This document shows, one piece after another, positions 62,040 to 64,000 of a stretch of 64,000 nt of DNA; the stretch's first letter is position 1; every line of letters begins with the position of its first letter. The position numbers and the translations under genes were made by a program. Under the pieces are notes generated by a model that was not told the DNA's origin, ran no database searches, and saw nothing but the letters and a program-made list of their open reading frames with translations. Source of the stretch: Anthoceros angustus (Eukaryota > Plantae > Anthocerotophyta). The DNA is taken from positions 124,001 through 188,000 of the forward strand of contig VJWM01000044.1 of the NCBI GenBank assembly GCA_010909165.1. Reading direction: 5' to 3'.

Positions 62040-62996
62040 AGGAAGGAAGTGCATAAGATCCAAATGGGTATTCAAGATCAAGCACATAGCTGATGGGAGT
62101 ATAGAGCGATACAAGGCAAGGCTAGTGGGGAAGGGATATACACAAGTGCCAGGTATTGACAATATTGACACTTGCTCCCCTATTGCTAAGATCACATTCA
62201 TTTGTATACTCTTAGCAATAACAGCTACCATGGATCTGGAGATACCCCACATGGATGTCCAATCTGCACTTACTTGGTATGTTAAGATTGACAAGTTCTT
62301 CCAAGCTAGAGGTTTCAAGAAAACCAATGGAGATTGAAAAATCTATGTGAAGAGAGTGGCAGAGTCCATGATGATCATTGTTGTCTATGTAGATTTATGG
62401 CTAACCCTGGACAACAGTAGTTTCAAGCTGTGAAGAGAATAATGAGGTACTTGAGTGGTACAAAGCATTAGAATTTGGTGTATCAACATGAACATCAACA
62501 GGAAGTTCGAGCGGTAGGATATTGTGATTCAGACTGGGCACAAGATGTTGATAGTCGCAAGTCTACGATTGGATATGTGTTTATGTTGAATGAGGGAGCC
62601 ATTTCTAGGAATAGTAGGAGACAACCTAATGTGGCTCTATCCTCTACAGAAGTATAATATATGTCAACATGCTCTGCAGTCATGGAGGCGATATGATTAC
62701 ATAACTTACTAGAGGAGATGGGATTCAAGCAGAAGGAAGCAACAACAATCTTCAACAACAATCAAGGTTGCATCTTCTTAGCCAAGAATGTAACTTTTCA
62801 TGCTAGAACCAAGCACATCGAAGTGAAACATCACTTTGTAAGAAAGAAGGTAAAGTCAAAAGAGGTAAAGCTAGAGTATTGTCCAACATGAGACATGCCG
62901 GCAAATATTTTGACCAAAGGCTTGACTTTAGATAAACATGTTAGGTTTAGCAAGGTGCTAGGCCTAAGGGAACAATTTTGATATGTTGAGTGCCAG
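62040..62996 (+). mobile_element. Copia RT/RNase H fragment with deletions and a degenerate PPT
   Basis: [64 protein letters not shown]. Confidence 0.9.
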
Positions 62997-63360
62997 TGTT
63001 AGAAGTGATTTATTACAACATATCAAAATATGTTATGAAGAGTGCCCTAAATGCAGGTTATGAAGAGTGCCCTAAAAATAACAAACTTGAAAGTCATGCA
63101 TGTCTAGAAAGTATATTCTAGCAAGCCCAAAAGTAAAAGGCAAGTAAAGTGACTAGTAGGATTCAAGGTCAAGTAACCAATAGGATTCAAGGTCAAGTAA
63201 TCAATAGGATTCAAGATCAAGTGACCAATAGGATTCAAGGCTTGGACTATATAAGGCCAAGCCCACCTATATATGGGGTGTGGTGTGTGTAGGTGTGCAT
63301 ATAACTCATATTGTATGGGAGTGTTGTGTTCCTTCTTTATAAAGCCTCAGCTCTTCTCAT
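62997..63360 (+). mobile_element. Copia LTR (right copy); diverges from the left copy after about 63360
   Basis: tgttagaagtgatttattacaac..., collinear with 59351-59750. Confidence 0.88.
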
Positions 63361-63613
63361 TGTTTTCTATACTGCAAAGCATGAGTATCATCCACATCAT
63401 CAAAGGCAGTGTCCTAGAAAATGTCTCTTAGATATATGTCCCTATGCCAAGAAAATATCCCTTTGTCTTATGTCCCTACTCCAAGATTGGAGATACAAAA
63501 AATCCGACCTCCTTTTGATCCCCTTAGTCATATGTCCATACACCAAGATTGAAGATATAAAAAATCCGACCTCGTTTTGATCCTTCGCGATCTCCAAAGA
63601 CGCTGTCAAGGAT

Positions 63614-63752
63614 AGTCTGGGACTAAAAAGCCATGGCCTACATTTCAGCAGCAGGCAATGTTTGAAAGACGAGTGCTCTGAAGTCTGGGACTAAAAAGCC
63701 ATGGCCTACATTTCAGCAGCAGGCAATGTTTGAAAGACGAGTGCTCTGAAGC
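63614..63752 (+). repeat. About 68-bp tandem duplication (a further roughly 60-bp duplication lies at 63465-63580)
   Basis: agtctgggactaaaaagccatggcctacatttcagcagcaggcaatgtttgaaagacgagtgctctgaag occurs twice. Confidence 0.92.
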
Positions 63753-64000
63753 GCCGGTGCGTGTGCAAGTTCATCACATCACTGTGCAGATCGTGGTCAA
63801 TGCTCTCATGAAGTGCCTAGGGCTGCTCACTTTCCTGACAACTACGTTCTTCAATAAGCTGTCTACTAGAGGCTAGGGCCCAGTGATCATCTGTTCCAAG
63901 TTCTTTTTAGTTCTCTTTTGTGCAGTGGTTGGACTTATCCACTCTCGGGGAGAACCGCCAGCCGATTGGGAACTTGTCTACAACGATGCTGCCATCTATC

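Overview
Nuclear DNA of a non-seed land plant. The short GT-AG introns, GC-rich exons, PLS-PPR with elongated L motifs, LysM-GH18 chitinase and single-DUF26 genes point to the hornwort/lycophyte/fern grade; this assignment is inference. The left half (1-33.4 kb) is gene-dense. It holds a 4-EF-hand calmodulin-like gene, an exon-scrambled endonuclease III pseudogene, an intact PLS-E/E+ PPR gene lacking DYW with a head-to-head decayed paralogue, two AT-rich secreted DUF26/Gnk2-like genes, an RPL23A pseudogene, an RLK pseudogene, a 5-exon pectate lyase, a divergent GH18 chitinase pair (one with two LysM domains), a secreted His/Lys/Pro-rich jacalin-type lectin and a DUF726/TMCO4-like gene. The right half (33.9-64 kb) is a transposon graveyard: a CRE-clade RLE non-LTR retrotransposon, a CACTA terminus, several Ty1/copia elements (one near full length, one gag-RT deletion fusion, one with a clean internal gag inversion), a triplicated unit separated by CCGC-rich tracts that look partly artefactual, a PHD-finger relic and an isolated tRNA-Gln(CTG). 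No CRISPR or rRNA was seen. The most interesting candidates are the clustered apoplastic chitin/glycan defence genes, the secreted jacalin architecture, the permuted Nth relic fused at a hairpin to the PPR stop, the CRE element and the microhomology-bounded gag inversion. All family calls come from motif recognition by eye; no database searches were run.
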